From positions 1 through 52,603 of the IMG/VR virus record IMGVR_UViG_3300045855_000012: a stretch of DNA of 52,603 bases, one strand, 5' to 3'. How positions within the stretch are numbered: position 1 is the stretch's first letter; each line of letters starts with the position of its first letter. This document shows positions 36,951-47,492 of this stretch, piece after piece. The notes under the pieces were generated by a model that was not told the origin of the DNA, made no database searches, and saw only the letters and a program-made list of their open reading frames with translations. The stretch is from a virus (lineage: Duplodnaviria; Caudoviricetes). The position numbers were made by a program, and so were the translations under genes.

Positions 36951-37058
36951 CATGACCGCCATCATCCAACTCCTCCCAACCTAACCGGAGCCACTATGGA
37001 CATTCAAGTAGCGTCTTCCCTTCGGTCCAGACGCTGAAGCCTATTTAACAAGGAATAT

Positions 37059-37769
37059 ATGAGTACATCAGGAACTTCCACTTGGTCGCTTAAACGTGAC
37101 GCTGTAATTAACTCAGCACTTCGTAAGTTAGTTGTCCTATCTGGTGGTAGCTCTCCTGCAACCTTTGAGACTACTAATGCCTCTGAGGCGTTGAATGCCA
37201 TGATTAAGGGGTTCCAAGCAGATGGAATGCCCTTATGGGCCATTAACGAGTACACCTTCACTACAACAGCTAATACCTCTTTGTACAACATTGGTGTGGG
37301 TGAAACCCTCAATACACCCATGCCACTCAAGGTTATTCAAGGTTATCGGATTGAGTCAACAGGAGCTATGAATATTCCCTTGAATATTTATAACCACTAC
37401 GACTTCAATCTCTTGCCACAGAATGCAACAGCAGGTGAACCAGTTACGCTATACTACCAACCGCTGTCTACCACTGGTAAGATCAAGCTGTGGCCTACTC
37501 CAATTGATGCTAACACTACAATTACCATTGTATATCAGCGTCCATTTGAGGACATGGTTACATCTACAGACGACTTTGACTTCCCTGCCTACTGGACAGA
37601 AGCCTTGGTCTATGGCCTAGCATGGCGCTTGTCTTACGAGTATGGTACTCCCATCCTTGACCGACAGGAGTTGCAAAAGACTGCTGAGTTCTTCCATGAG
37701 AAAGCCTTGTCCTTCGGAACTGAAGAAGGTAGTTTGTTTTTTCAACCTAATTCTGATTGGCATAGATAA
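37059..37769 (+). CDS. Head-tail adaptor (P22 gp4-like)
   Basis: INSALRKL..ALNAMI..IKLWPTP..ALVYGLA pattern; position. Confidence 0.65.
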   Translation: MSTSGTSTWSLKRDAVINSALRKLVVLSGGSSPATFETTNASEALNAMIKGFQADGMPLWAINEYTFTTTANTSLYNIGVGETLNTPMPLKVIQGYRIESTGAMNIPLNIYNHYDFNLLPQNATAGEPVTLYYQPLSTTGKIKLWPTPIDANTTITIVYQRPFEDMVTSTDDFDFPAYWTEALVYGLAWRLSYEYGTPILDRQELQKTAEFFHEKALSFGTEEGSLFFQPNSDWHR

Positions 37770-39230
37770 ATGGCATATTCAAAGAGTCCTACAGTTTCTA
37801 CTTATGATACAAAGAGAATTGACTTTGTAATCAACCCTATGCAGCGTAGTGGCTCTTTGCTAAACAAGGATGCCAAGCTGGTTAACATGATGGTTGAGGT
37901 TGTAGAAACTCCTAACAACACCAATCAACGTATCTTTGTCAAGAGTAGGCCCGGACTAGCTCTAGCCTATGCTACAACTGCTGGAGTTGGTCGTGGCTGC
38001 TATTACTGGCTAGTTGGTGGTGTAGGTTATGTTCTGTCTGTGGTTGGCTCTAGTGTCTATTACAACGGAGTGTTCCTACAGACATTGACAACCTCTACTG
38101 GTACTTGCGGCTTCACAGAGTTTGTTAACTCTACTGGAACTAACACTCTTGTTCTACTAGATGGTACAAAAGGTTATGTGTTCACTAGCCCAACAGTAGC
38201 TGGTACAGAGATTACTTCGGTTGACTTCCCAACACCTCACATACCAATCCCCATCTTCATGGATGGGTATTTGTTTGTAGCTAAAGCTGGTACTCAAGAC
38301 ATTTACAACTCCAACCTAGATGATCCTAGTCTATGGACAGCAGGAGATTACATCTCTGCTGAAATGTATCCAGATAAGATCGTTGCTCTATCTAAGAATA
38401 ATAACTACGTCTATGCCGTAGGCTCTAACTCAGTTGAGTACTTCTATGATGCTGCTACAGCCTCCGGTTCTCCTCTAGCACGACATGACTCTGCTGTTCA
38501 ACAGTTTGGTACTGCTGCTCCTTCTACTGTTGTTCAAACAGAGAAGGAAGTCATCATGATAGGTGAGACAGGTAATGGTGGTCACACTGTATGGACCATT
38601 GATGGCTTTAAGGAAACAGAAATTGGTACTCCAGCTATCCGTAGTGTCTTGCGTGTAGAAGGAGCTAATCTAGTCAATGCTGTAGCTCACTGTACTCGTG
38701 TATCAGGACAAAAACTGTACATTGTCAATTTGAGTACACAAACCATAGTCTACAGTTTTGATTCAAAGATGTGGAGCTTCTGGAACTCTGGTCCCGGTGG
38801 TACACTGGCGTTTGTAGGTAAATATGGCACAGATGGCCCTAATGGTGTAGCTTACATCCAGCATGAATCTGATGGTGACATCTACACTATTAGTGAAGAC
38901 AATCACATAGATCATGATGTAGCTTTCCGTTGTCGTATTCAAACACCTAAGTATGACTTTGATACTTTCAATGCCAAGTTCATGTCTAGGTTCTCCTTGA
39001 TTGGTGATATACCAGATGGTTCAGGTACGGGTAATGTTCTTCAAATCTCTTGGAGTGATGATGATTATCAAACATGGACTACAAATCGTGACCTGTCTTT
39101 TGACTACGATTTTCCTTGCATTGCTCAACTGGGACGTTTTCGCAGACGAGCTTTTCGAGTTGACTATTCCCAGCCATACCTTCTTCGACTAGAAGGGTTT
39201 GAGGTTGACATTAACAAAGGTAATCAATAA
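37770..39230 (+). CDS. Tail hub / DNA stabilization protein (P22 gp10-like)
   Basis: Beta-propeller-like; SAEMYPD, SWSDDDYQTW, LGRFRRRAF. Confidence 0.8.
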   Translation: MAYSKSPTVSTYDTKRIDFVINPMQRSGSLLNKDAKLVNMMVEVVETPNNTNQRIFVKSRPGLALAYATTAGVGRGCYYWLVGGVGYVLSVVGSSVYYNGVFLQTLTTSTGTCGFTEFVNSTGTNTLVLLDGTKGYVFTSPTVAGTEITSVDFPTPHIPIPIFMDGYLFVAKAGTQDIYNSNLDDPSLWTAGDYISAEMYPDKIVALSKNNNYVYAVGSNSVEYFYDAATASGSPLARHDSAVQQFGTAAPSTVVQTEKEVIMIGETGNGGHTVWTIDGFKETEIGTPAIRSVLRVEGANLVNAVAHCTRVSGQKLYIVNLSTQTIVYSFDSKMWSFWNSGPGGTLAFVGKYGTDGPNGVAYIQHESDGDIYTISEDNHIDHDVAFRCRIQTPKYDFDTFNAKFMSRFSLIGDIPDGSGTGNVLQISWSDDDYQTWTTNRDLSFDYDFPCIAQLGRFRRRAFRVDYSQPYLLRLEGFEVDINKGNQ

Positions 39231-39775
39231 TGGCTGGTGGTCTTCCTCCTCCTCCGACAAGAGCTGCCAATGGCGACTTTGCTTGGACAGCTTGGTACAA
39301 CCAGCTATACACCCTCCTATCCACGTCAGGAAGCGTTTCTTGGGCTTTAGTTAACAAGGCTGGCAGTAGTATTGCCGACCTAGCTAGCAAGGCTCACGAC
39401 CTTCTTACGGGCCTTCAAGGAGGCACTACAGGTGAGCATTACCACTTAACTGCTGCTGAACACACTGCTCTGTCTGGTCTAGGTGCTCACAATAGCCTAA
39501 CGGGTATCCAAGGTGGAACTGCTCTTCAGTACTACCACTTAACTTCTACAAACTACACTAATGTTAATGCATTACCAACAGCAGCTACTATAGTAACTAC
39601 TACCAACTATGCTACTAATAACATTGTAGACAAAACAACTAAAACAAAGGCTGGTGCAGTTGTTCTAGCTGACATTCCTGCCGGTACATGGGCTATCTAC
39701 AAAGATACCTCTGGTGGTTCCTTAGCATTGTACGCCAATGATGGCGGAGTTTTGAAATCGGTGGCAATTGTATGA
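39230..39775 (+). CDS. Tail needle/short fibre-like protein
   Basis: LPPPP start; two HxxLTGxQGG...YHLT repeats. Confidence 0.6.
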   Translation: MAGGLPPPPTRAANGDFAWTAWYNQLYTLLSTSGSVSWALVNKAGSSIADLASKAHDLLTGLQGGTTGEHYHLTAAEHTALSGLGAHNSLTGIQGGTALQYYHLTSTNYTNVNALPTAATIVTTTNYATNNIVDKTTKTKAGAVVLADIPAGTWAIYKDTSGGSLALYANDGGVLKSVAIV

Positions 39776-40821
39776 ACATCTCAAGATTTAAACATGTCCT
39801 CAGAATGCCTTGGGGCGAGGGCGGTGGTACTGACGGCGGTGCTGGTTCTATGGGAGCTAGTACTGGAACAGGAGATGGTGGTAACAACTCTAATTCAGGT
39901 TCTAGAACGTGGTCAGATAGCCAAGGTTCTGTAACAACCAATCCTGATTCAGGTAACATTACTTGGTCAGGTGGTGGTAATGGACAAACTGCTGGTTCAT
40001 GGAATGAAGCTACTCAAACAGCTACAGGAGCATGGAATACACCATTAAGTGAGCCTGTTGCTGTAGCCCCAGTAGCTCCACCTGTTGACCAATTCACGCG
40101 GCTTAAAGAGCTGTCTGACATGTTCAACAAAGAGAACCCAATGTTTGCTCAAACAGCAACACAATTGCCTAGTGTTACAGGTAGCCTTAATCAGCTTGTA
40201 AACAGTGGACCTATTGGTTCTGAATATAGTAATCCTGTAGTAGCTGGTCAAGATCAGAATGTAAGTGACAACTACAATACCTACGGAACTACAACTCCTA
40301 ACATGTGGCAGAAGTTGGGACTTGTTCCGGGTATGACTTCAGAGAATTTCTTTAATAGAGAAACTCCTGCCCAACGTGATGAACGTATGGGTATGGTTAG
40401 CGATGGTATAGGGGCTGTAGGTAGGGCCATTGTTGGTGCTGCTATCCCTGCCCCTATTAGGCTAGGACTCGGTGCCTATGGTGCCTACAAGGGCTACCAA
40501 GCCGATCCTAATCATGACGTAGGTAGAGCAATAGCCACAGGCGTTCAAAGTATGCCGGGTTATGCTGGTGCTCTTGGTAACCTGTACAACGGTAACTATG
40601 GTGCTGCCTTAGCTGGTGGTTTAGCAAAGAATGGTATTACTGGTCCTGCTGCAGGCTTGGCTGGTATTGGTGCTGATTATGCTTCTGGAAAGAATGTAGC
40701 TCCATCTCTGGGAGGTCTTGCAGGTCAATTTGTAGGACGTTCAGTAGGTGGTCCCTTAGGAGGGATGTTTGGTAGATCACTTGGTCAACAGATGAGCCGC
40801 AGTAGCTCTATAAGGAAATAA
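39772..40821 (+). CDS. Putative ejection (internal virion) protein
   Basis: Gly-rich with glycine-zipper C-terminus. Confidence 0.6.
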   Translation: MNISRFKHVLRMPWGEGGGTDGGAGSMGASTGTGDGGNNSNSGSRTWSDSQGSVTTNPDSGNITWSGGGNGQTAGSWNEATQTATGAWNTPLSEPVAVAPVAPPVDQFTRLKELSDMFNKENPMFAQTATQLPSVTGSLNQLVNSGPIGSEYSNPVVAGQDQNVSDNYNTYGTTTPNMWQKLGLVPGMTSENFFNRETPAQRDERMGMVSDGIGAVGRAIVGAAIPAPIRLGLGAYGAYKGYQADPNHDVGRAIATGVQSMPGYAGALGNLYNGNYGAALAGGLAKNGITGPAAGLAGIGADYASGKNVAPSLGGLAGQFVGRSVGGPLGGMFGRSLGQQMSRSSSIRK

Positions 40822-40822
40822 T

Positions 40823-41686
40823 ATGGCAGACAATACAGATATCGTTCAACAGATTCTGGGACACCTTCAGTCGTTAAAACAAACAGATTATGGCACACTA
40901 GGTGCCCTTGGTGGAGCTGTTGGTGCATATACCAATGGTAACAAGGTAGGTGATGCCTACGGAGCCTCTGCTGCTGATGCAGCTAGTCAAGCAGAAACCT
41001 TGCGTACACAGATGGAGCAGATGCCTACATTGGCTGCAATGTATGGTGCTGATTCTCCCTATGCTAAACAGTTGCAACAAACCCTAGCTCGTAAGGATGC
41101 TGCTGCTGGACGTAATAGCCAGTATGGTCCACGTTCTGTTCAGCTTCAAGCTATGCTGGCAGACAAGGGTAGTCAGTATGCTCAACAGCAAGCCACAATG
41201 GCTCAGGCTTACAACACTGCTCGTTCTAATGCCAATACACAGCGGGTTAATGCTGTAACAGGACAAGCTCAGGTACAAGGTCAACAGCTAGGTAGTTTGT
41301 TCAATCTTGGAGAGAAGTCAGGACTACTTCCTGCACTCAATGAAGGTTTGTCTAACATGTCAAGACCTTATGTTCAACAAGCTAGTTCTGCTCTGCGGGA
41401 TATGTTCCCCACTTGGAGTGGTACACCTACTAGTCAACCTATGAATCAATCACCCTACAGCGGTGGTGGTGATTATTCTGGTTACACTACTGGTAGTGGT
41501 TACTCTGCTCCAGAAGATGTATATCAAGGTGCTGTTAATCAGCCAATGGATCAGAGTCCTTACGCCAACTATGGTGGTAACTACCAAAGCTATACACCGG
41601 GTACTTCTGGAACAGAACAAGGACTAGATACTGCTCCTTACAATTCTGGTATTCCTGATAATTCTAATCCTTACTACGACTACTAA
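40823..41686 (+). CDS. Putative ejection protein
   Basis: Gln/Ala/Gly-rich; position. Confidence 0.6.
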   Translation: MADNTDIVQQILGHLQSLKQTDYGTLGALGGAVGAYTNGNKVGDAYGASAADAASQAETLRTQMEQMPTLAAMYGADSPYAKQLQQTLARKDAAAGRNSQYGPRSVQLQAMLADKGSQYAQQQATMAQAYNTARSNANTQRVNAVTGQAQVQGQQLGSLFNLGEKSGLLPALNEGLSNMSRPYVQQASSALRDMFPTWSGTPTSQPMNQSPYSGGGDYSGYTTGSGYSAPEDVYQGAVNQPMDQSPYANYGGNYQSYTPGTSGTEQGLDTAPYNSGIPDNSNPYYDY

Positions 41687-41688
41687 TC

Positions 41689-42618
41689 ATGATGGATTCC
41701 GCAAACCTCCCCTCACAAGCTGATTTGAATAGCCTGTATGGTGCATGGAATCCCATGTCCTACATGCAAGGTCAGCAGAATCAAGACCTAGCTGCTCAGT
41801 TCCGTGACCAAGCCTATCAGTCTAATCAGAATGAAGTTACTCAAGGTGCCTTGAAGAACGAGCAAGCTTCCTTGATGAATCCTTTGCTATTAACCCAACA
41901 GGGCTTGACTAACACTGGCCTTGACTTGGGTAACCAAAGTGCTGGTATTAAGAATGCTTCTGCTGGCATTGACTTGGGTACTAAGACAGCTCTTGCTCCA
42001 CAAGACCTTGAGAACAAACGCCTTGGGCTACAGAACCAACTAGGTGATGAGCAGTACAATGCTCTGAGTAACCAAATCTCCATGAGCTATCTTAAAGCTC
42101 TACACAGTGGTAATGCTGATGAAGCTCTTAAGCTTAAACCAATGGTAGAGTTCTTGAGTGGTCCTATTGGTGAGAAACTTGCTGACCGTTCACAGAAACG
42201 TGACCTTGAAGAATTGCGTAGTCTCACACAATTAGGTGTTGCTAATATCACTGCAGAAGGTCGAATGAATTCTGCTGGACAGCGGACTGCTCCTAAAGCC
42301 AGCGACCCTTTCACAGCTTTTAACAAGCTAAATCCTGCCACTCGTGCTGGTGTTGTTAAGATGGGCCTTGAGTCTGGAATAAACCCTGTTACTCACGAGC
42401 CAATGACTGCAGATGATAAGCAAGCCTTCACTGCTTTGTATCAACAAGATGTGGCAGTTGTGGATCAACAAGCGGCTCTACGTGGACAGACTCAGGGAGC
42501 AACTGCTGCTGTTGGTCCTGATGGTAAAATTGCCATTGTCAACAAACAAGTACCTAGCGTTGCTGGTAACAAACAACCGTCCGTAGCCGATATGCGCGCT
42601 GCACTAAAAGGAAAATAA
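41689..42618 (+). CDS. Putative ejection protein
   Basis: Gln/Asn/Ala-rich helical; position. Confidence 0.6.
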   Translation: MMDSANLPSQADLNSLYGAWNPMSYMQGQQNQDLAAQFRDQAYQSNQNEVTQGALKNEQASLMNPLLLTQQGLTNTGLDLGNQSAGIKNASAGIDLGTKTALAPQDLENKRLGLQNQLGDEQYNALSNQISMSYLKALHSGNADEALKLKPMVEFLSGPIGEKLADRSQKRDLEELRSLTQLGVANITAEGRMNSAGQRTAPKASDPFTAFNKLNPATRAGVVKMGLESGINPVTHEPMTADDKQAFTALYQQDVAVVDQQAALRGQTQGATAAVGPDGKIAIVNKQVPSVAGNKQPSVADMRAALKGK

Positions 42619-42619
42619 C

Positions 42620-45600
42620 ATGGCAGATTGGGTTGACTCTCTATCAGACGCAGAAGTTTCTGCTCTATATAAGTACAAGCAAGGTGGAGCAGACTCCCTT
42701 TCTGACGATGAAGTTAAGTTGATGTATCCTCACAAGGATAAGTTAACTGCTCCTGCAGCCAATTTTGCTGCCATCCCTGACTCTACACCTATGCAGGGCT
42801 CAGGCCCTGTAGCTGAACCTTCTTGGATGGAGAAGATCAATGCTGGTGTAGAGGCTGGTGTAAACACAGCCGCTGGATTGCTAGGTTCTGCTACTACTGG
42901 TCCCTTGGCTGCTGCTCGTACAGCCATTGGAACTGGTGTACGTGAAGGCCGTTTGGCTACACCTAAAGAGCTGGAAAGTTCTTTTAACGAAGGTGTGGGC
43001 ATTTTCACCAATCCTCTGGAGTCTCGTACTACAGAACTAGGTAAAGAGTATACTGGTAAGGTTGGTAATGTTATGAATGAGTTGCTACCTATGGCACCTC
43101 TTCATGGTACTATGCCTTCTCTGAGCGTAGGACAAGGAGTTAATGCGCTCCGTTCTAAGTTCTCTAAAGGCGGTGAAACAGGTTCTGCTGCTAGTCGTAT
43201 GGCTGCTGATTTAACGAAGCCCACAGAGGCTCCTGTGGCCCCTACAGAGCCTTTGGTGAACACTCGTCCTAGTGAACAACTGAGCCAAGAGGCTTACGCC
43301 CAAGCTCTACGTGAACAAGAGTTACAGAAGCAATCAGCCTTTAACCGTATTGGTGATGAAGGTGAAATCAATCCTGCATTGGAAGGTCTTGCTAAAGAAT
43401 CTCCAATGGAGCGTATGACTCGTGACTTGGGTGCTGAACCGGGTAAGGTTGAAGTACCACAAGGTCCAATGGAAAGCTTCTACAATCGCTTGACCAAGGA
43501 CGAAGGTTCTGGTAAGACTCAAGCAGCACAAGATATCATTGTGGAACGGTCTAAAGATCACAATGTTCGTGCTGACTATCTTGCTAAGGTTGCAGAAGAA
43601 CAAAAGGCTGCTGACCTAGCTCGTGCTAGGAACATGGACTCTACTCCATCTCCTGACCACCAAGCACACGTTAAGCGTGTTGCTGAAGAAGATGCACATA
43701 GGGCACAGCTTGAGGAAACCCATGCTCATGCTCTAGAGGAACAAGCTAGCCTAGAAGCTGCTCAGAAGGCTGTAGAAGCCCGTCAGAAGACCATAGATGA
43801 CGCTATGAGTGGTGTTAAGAGTCAGCATGAGGGTATACGTGCCCTGACCGCTGAAGGCGCTCCTAAGAACGATATGCTCAAGGCTGAAGCTGACCTACGC
43901 CGTCGTCAATCTGAAGCTCCTGCCAAGTCCCGTAAGCAATTGGCTATTGAAGCTAAGGCTGAACTAGCTGCAGAGAAAGCACGGATTGTCCATCAACGTG
44001 CTGAGAATGAGCATATGATTCAGGAGTTGCGTGACCAACATACTGAGTCTGAGATTCGCACTCGTCAAGCTCAAGCTGATGCTCAAGAAGCCATTGCTAA
44101 ACGCAATCAATCTAACACTGCAGAAACGACAAAAGCCGCACAAGAGGCGGCTAAGTTGAGAGCAGAAGCTGATGCTCTTGCTAAGGATAAGGCTAAACGT
44201 GATACGGCTTTGGCTAACATTGCCAAACAACATGCCTTGCAAGAGATTAACCTACCTGCTGGCTCTAAGGAACGTGCTGCTGCTGTTAAGGCAGTTAACA
44301 CTAAGTTCTCTGGTAAGACTGGTGGTTCCTCAAAAAAGTCTCAAGGCGGTAAACTCTTATTGAATTGGGGAACTAAGCAGAAAGCTGCTGCTTTTAGTAA
44401 CATTCCCGGACTGAAAGATGTTCTCCGTGATATTGGCAACGCCATGATTAAGTCTCCGGCTGAGGCCGTAGCCTTAGCTGGTAAGTTTAATGACGTATCA
44501 CAGAATGCTTTGCAGAAGGGTATTAACCTGCTGACTAAGGGTGGAACATACCTCAAGGGTAAGGTTGACAATCCTGTGGTTCACTTCACAGTAGATCGTT
44601 TCCTTACTGCTGACTCCAAAGCTAAAGCTGAGATTAGCCAGAAGTTGCACAATGAGTACCTCACTTCCCTACGCAACTTGAGTAAGGAAGAGTATCAGGA
44701 TGCGTTCACTCTGCTGAATGCTGCTGACTTGACTCAGAAGGAAATCACCCCTGCCATGATGCAGCAGTATGGTCTATCAACCGCCCTCCAAGACTTCATC
44801 ACTACCCACCAGAATGCTATGGCTGATGTTATGGGTAAGATCAATGCAGCTCGTGTATCCGTAGGTAAGAAGCCCATCTCATCCCGTGCAGCCTACTCTG
44901 CTATGAATATGTCTGGTGACTACCGCAAGGTAGCTTACAAGACTGTTAATGGTCAGAAGGTTGTGGTTGGTGTCATTGGTGCTGACCGTAAGGCTGGAAA
45001 GCTGGGATGGACTCTGGAGAAGATTGAAAAGGGTATGCTGGCTAAAGACCCTACTCTTGAGTTTGGTCCTTTGAAAGATACCACTGCTCGTACTGGCTCT
45101 ACCAAGGGTACACCACACGAAGCATTTCAAGATGCACTAGATACCATTGGTCAGAACAACCCTAACGTGCAAGCCTTCCTTGATACCTTGCGAGAGGTGG
45201 CTAAGGATGATCCATCTAACTACATGGGTATGCAAACACACACCATGCAGAAGAAGGGTGTTTGGGGTATGGAAGGTCGTAAGCCTTGGATGACAGAGAA
45301 ACAGAATGCTACTCAGTTCTTTGAGAACCAAACCAAGTATATGGAAGGTGCTTACAACTGGAGCCATCTTGCTGAAGCAGCAAAGGATGTTAATGAAGTC
45401 TTACGTGACGGTAGCGTAGCTGCCAAGCATGAGAATGCTATTAAAATGTCCGAAGCTTACATGCAGAACGCTCTAGGACTTAATCCTAGTCGTGTTGGTA
45501 GGGCTATTGACGAAGTGGTTAACTCCATTGGTAATGCTACTGGTATTGGTCCATCTAATATCCGTGGATTCTTGGGTGGTGCTAAAGCCTTTGCTAACAC

Positions 45601-47032
45601 CTCTATGCTGTCCCTCAACCCTAGCTTCTTGGCTATCCAGTTGATTCAAGGTCCAGCAGCACTACCTGCCATGACAGCCTTGCTACGTGGCCGGGGACTA
45701 GCTCCTAAGTCTACAATGCTCACTGGTGGTTTGGATTACATTACATCTGCGGGTATCACCCTACTCAAAGATCAAAGTAAGCTTACCCCAGTTGAACGTG
45801 GTGCTTTGGATTATGCTAAAGACAACCATGTGTACGCTGCGGATATGGTAGAGCATAGCAACACTACTACCAAGGGTGCTATGTATTATACCAATTGGGC
45901 TACACAGCATCCTGCTGCTTTGATTGAACAGGCTACTCGTGCTCAAGTGTACATGTCGTTTGTTAAGATGATGGATGACTCTGGCCTTAAGCCTAAGGAT
46001 GGTTTGTATGAACAGGCTCACCGCCTAACTGACCAAACCATGAACAACTATGGTGCTATGGAGAAGCCAGCAATTTATAATGCCTTGGGTCCAATTGGTT
46101 CTATGGCTTATAACTTGAAGAGTTTTGGTCACAACGAAATCTCACGCTGGTCTATGTTGGCAAGAGAGATTCCTGCTACTGGTAATGCAGTTCCTTTGCT
46201 CACGCAAATGGCTTCTACAATTGCCATAGCTGGTGTTATGGGACTACCGTTCTACACACAGTGGGAATCTATCTACGACACTATTACTAGCAAACTGGGT
46301 GAGCCTCGTAATCTATCCCTAGACGTTATGGAAGCCTCTGAGAAGCTTTCTAAAGCCTTAGGAGATGATGCAGGTAAGTTCAAGGATGTTATGTCTCACG
46401 GTGCTCCTACTATGCTTGGTATGGATGTATCTAAGCGTGTTGGTTTAGGTGATGTACTGCCTAACAAAGCGTCTGACGTAGCGTTTGCTGGTGGTAGCAA
46501 GCTAGGTGGTATGGTAACTTCTGCAGCTAGTGCAGCAATCCATCCCGATGAGCCTCACCTCAAGGCAGCAGCAATTAACTTTGCTCCTCCCATTGCACAA
46601 GGCTTTATGAAGGATGCTTGGTACACTGATGGCGATATGGCTTTGAGTATGGACCCAGCTAAAGCAACGAAAGCTACTGCTGAGTTGAATGCAACAGATC
46701 ACTTGTTGAAGAAGTTAGGTATCACTGGTATTAACGAGTCTAAGCAGAAGGAACGTAACTTCCAACTAGGTAAGCTTGATAAGACCTACCAAGACAAGCG
46801 AGACACTGCTGTGGCAGGACTCACGTTTGCTTTGGCTCATGGTGGTGATCTTGATCCATACATGCAGAAGTATCTTGACAACCAAGGCGATCCCGATTCG
46901 TTGGTAGCTACTGTTAATGGAGCAATTGAGTCAATCAAGATTGATCCTAACAAGTTAGCCATCATCAAGGATGCTGCTAGCAAGAGTATCACTCGTGCTT
47001 TGTCTTTACAACGTAGAATGGAGCATCAATGA
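42620..47032 (+). CDS. Large internal virion/ejection protein (1470 aa)
   Basis: Size, helical composition, last gene of the virion module. Confidence 0.7.
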   Translation: MADWVDSLSDAEVSALYKYKQGGADSLSDDEVKLMYPHKDKLTAPAANFAAIPDSTPMQGSGPVAEPSWMEKINAGVEAGVNTAAGLLGSATTGPLAAARTAIGTGVREGRLATPKELESSFNEGVGIFTNPLESRTTELGKEYTGKVGNVMNELLPMAPLHGTMPSLSVGQGVNALRSKFSKGGETGSAASRMAADLTKPTEAPVAPTEPLVNTRPSEQLSQEAYAQALREQELQKQSAFNRIGDEGEINPALEGLAKESPMERMTRDLGAEPGKVEVPQGPMESFYNRLTKDEGSGKTQAAQDIIVERSKDHNVRADYLAKVAEEQKAADLARARNMDSTPSPDHQAHVKRVAEEDAHRAQLEETHAHALEEQASLEAAQKAVEARQKTIDDAMSGVKSQHEGIRALTAEGAPKNDMLKAEADLRRRQSEAPAKSRKQLAIEAKAELAAEKARIVHQRAENEHMIQELRDQHTESEIRTRQAQADAQEAIAKRNQSNTAETTKAAQEAAKLRAEADALAKDKAKRDTALANIAKQHALQEINLPAGSKERAAAVKAVNTKFSGKTGGSSKKSQGGKLLLNWGTKQKAAAFSNIPGLKDVLRDIGNAMIKSPAEAVALAGKFNDVSQNALQKGINLLTKGGTYLKGKVDNPVVHFTVDRFLTADSKAKAEISQKLHNEYLTSLRNLSKEEYQDAFTLLNAADLTQKEITPAMMQQYGLSTALQDFITTHQNAMADVMGKINAARVSVGKKPISSRAAYSAMNMSGDYRKVAYKTVNGQKVVVGVIGADRKAGKLGWTLEKIEKGMLAKDPTLEFGPLKDTTARTGSTKGTPHEAFQDALDTIGQNNPNVQAFLDTLREVAKDDPSNYMGMQTHTMQKKGVWGMEGRKPWMTEKQNATQFFENQTKYMEGAYNWSHLAEAAKDVNEVLRDGSVAAKHENAIKMSEAYMQNALGLNPSRVGRAIDEVVNSIGNATGIGPSNIRGFLGGAKAFANTSMLSLNPSFLAIQLIQGPAALPAMTALLRGRGLAPKSTMLTGGLDYITSAGITLLKDQSKLTPVERGALDYAKDNHVYAADMVEHSNTTTKGAMYYTNWATQHPAALIEQATRAQVYMSFVKMMDDSGLKPKDGLYEQAHRLTDQTMNNYGAMEKPAIYNALGPIGSMAYNLKSFGHNEISRWSMLAREIPATGNAVPLLTQMASTIAIAGVMGLPFYTQWESIYDTITSKLGEPRNLSLDVMEASEKLSKALGDDAGKFKDVMSHGAPTMLGMDVSKRVGLGDVLPNKASDVAFAGGSKLGGMVTSAASAAIHPDEPHLKAAAINFAPPIAQGFMKDAWYTDGDMALSMDPAKATKATAELNATDHLLKKLGITGINESKQKERNFQLGKLDKTYQDKRDTAVAGLTFALAHGGDLDPYMQKYLDNQGDPDSLVATVNGAIESIKIDPNKLAIIKDAASKSITRALSLQRRMEHQ

Positions 47033-47445
47033 AAATGTCAGACAAGGGACTCAAACTCCTAACTTTACGGGAAGGCTCTCGTAAGAAAGCCTACCAAGAT
47101 ACTAAAGGTATCTGGACAATCGGTGTGGGCCATACTGGCCCAGAAGTGGTTAAGGGTTTGGTCTGGTCTGACCAGCAGATACTGGACCAGCTACGCAAGG
47201 ATGTTGCCATTACAGAGAAATGTCTGGATGACAATGTTGTTGTGTTGCTGGGACAGGATCAAGTAGATGCCTTGTGTAGCTTCATCTTCAATGTTGGAGT
47301 TAATGCTTTTAGGCGTTCTACAATGCTCAAGTTCATTAACAAAGGTATGATGAAGGAAGCAGCTAATGAGTTTGACAGATGGCACATACCGCCAGAGATA
47401 ACCTCAAGGCGTAATTCAGAGAAGTCCCAGTTTCAAGGGACGTAA
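47029..47445 (+). CDS. Endolysin, GH24 lysozyme
   Basis: E-x8-D-x5-T triad: REGSRKKAYQDTKGIWTIGVGHT; DALCSFIFNVG. Confidence 0.92.
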   Translation: MKMSDKGLKLLTLREGSRKKAYQDTKGIWTIGVGHTGPEVVKGLVWSDQQILDQLRKDVAITEKCLDDNVVVLLGQDQVDALCSFIFNVGVNAFRRSTMLKFINKGMMKEAANEFDRWHIPPEITSRRNSEKSQFQGT

Positions 47446-47486
47446 AAAAGCCCCCAGTCCTGTTACGGATATGGGGGCTTTCTTTT
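47444..47486. terminator. Bidirectional intrinsic terminator at the arm convergence
   Basis: AAAAAAGCCCCCA...TGGGGGCTTTCTTTT. Confidence 0.85.
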
Positions 47487-47492
47487 GTCTGT

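Larger units (their letters stand above)
33243..36975 (+). repeat. Dispersed repeat after each tailspike stop (33243-33284, 35341-35382, 36948-36975)
   Basis: TAACATGACCGCCATCATCCAACTCCTC is identical in copies 1 and 3; copy 1 matches the start of 35345..35539 at 34/38 nt. Confidence 0.9.

Noticed and set aside
33243-37044. Integron attC-like cassette sites (stops followed by TAAC plus hairpins)
   Set aside because: No matching GTTRRRY end, no integrase, and the repeat is explained as a gene start
19599-47385. Many minus-strand ORFs in the structural arm (and plus-strand ORFs in the replication arm)
   Set aside because: Antisense shadows of well-supported genes; no SD or motifs
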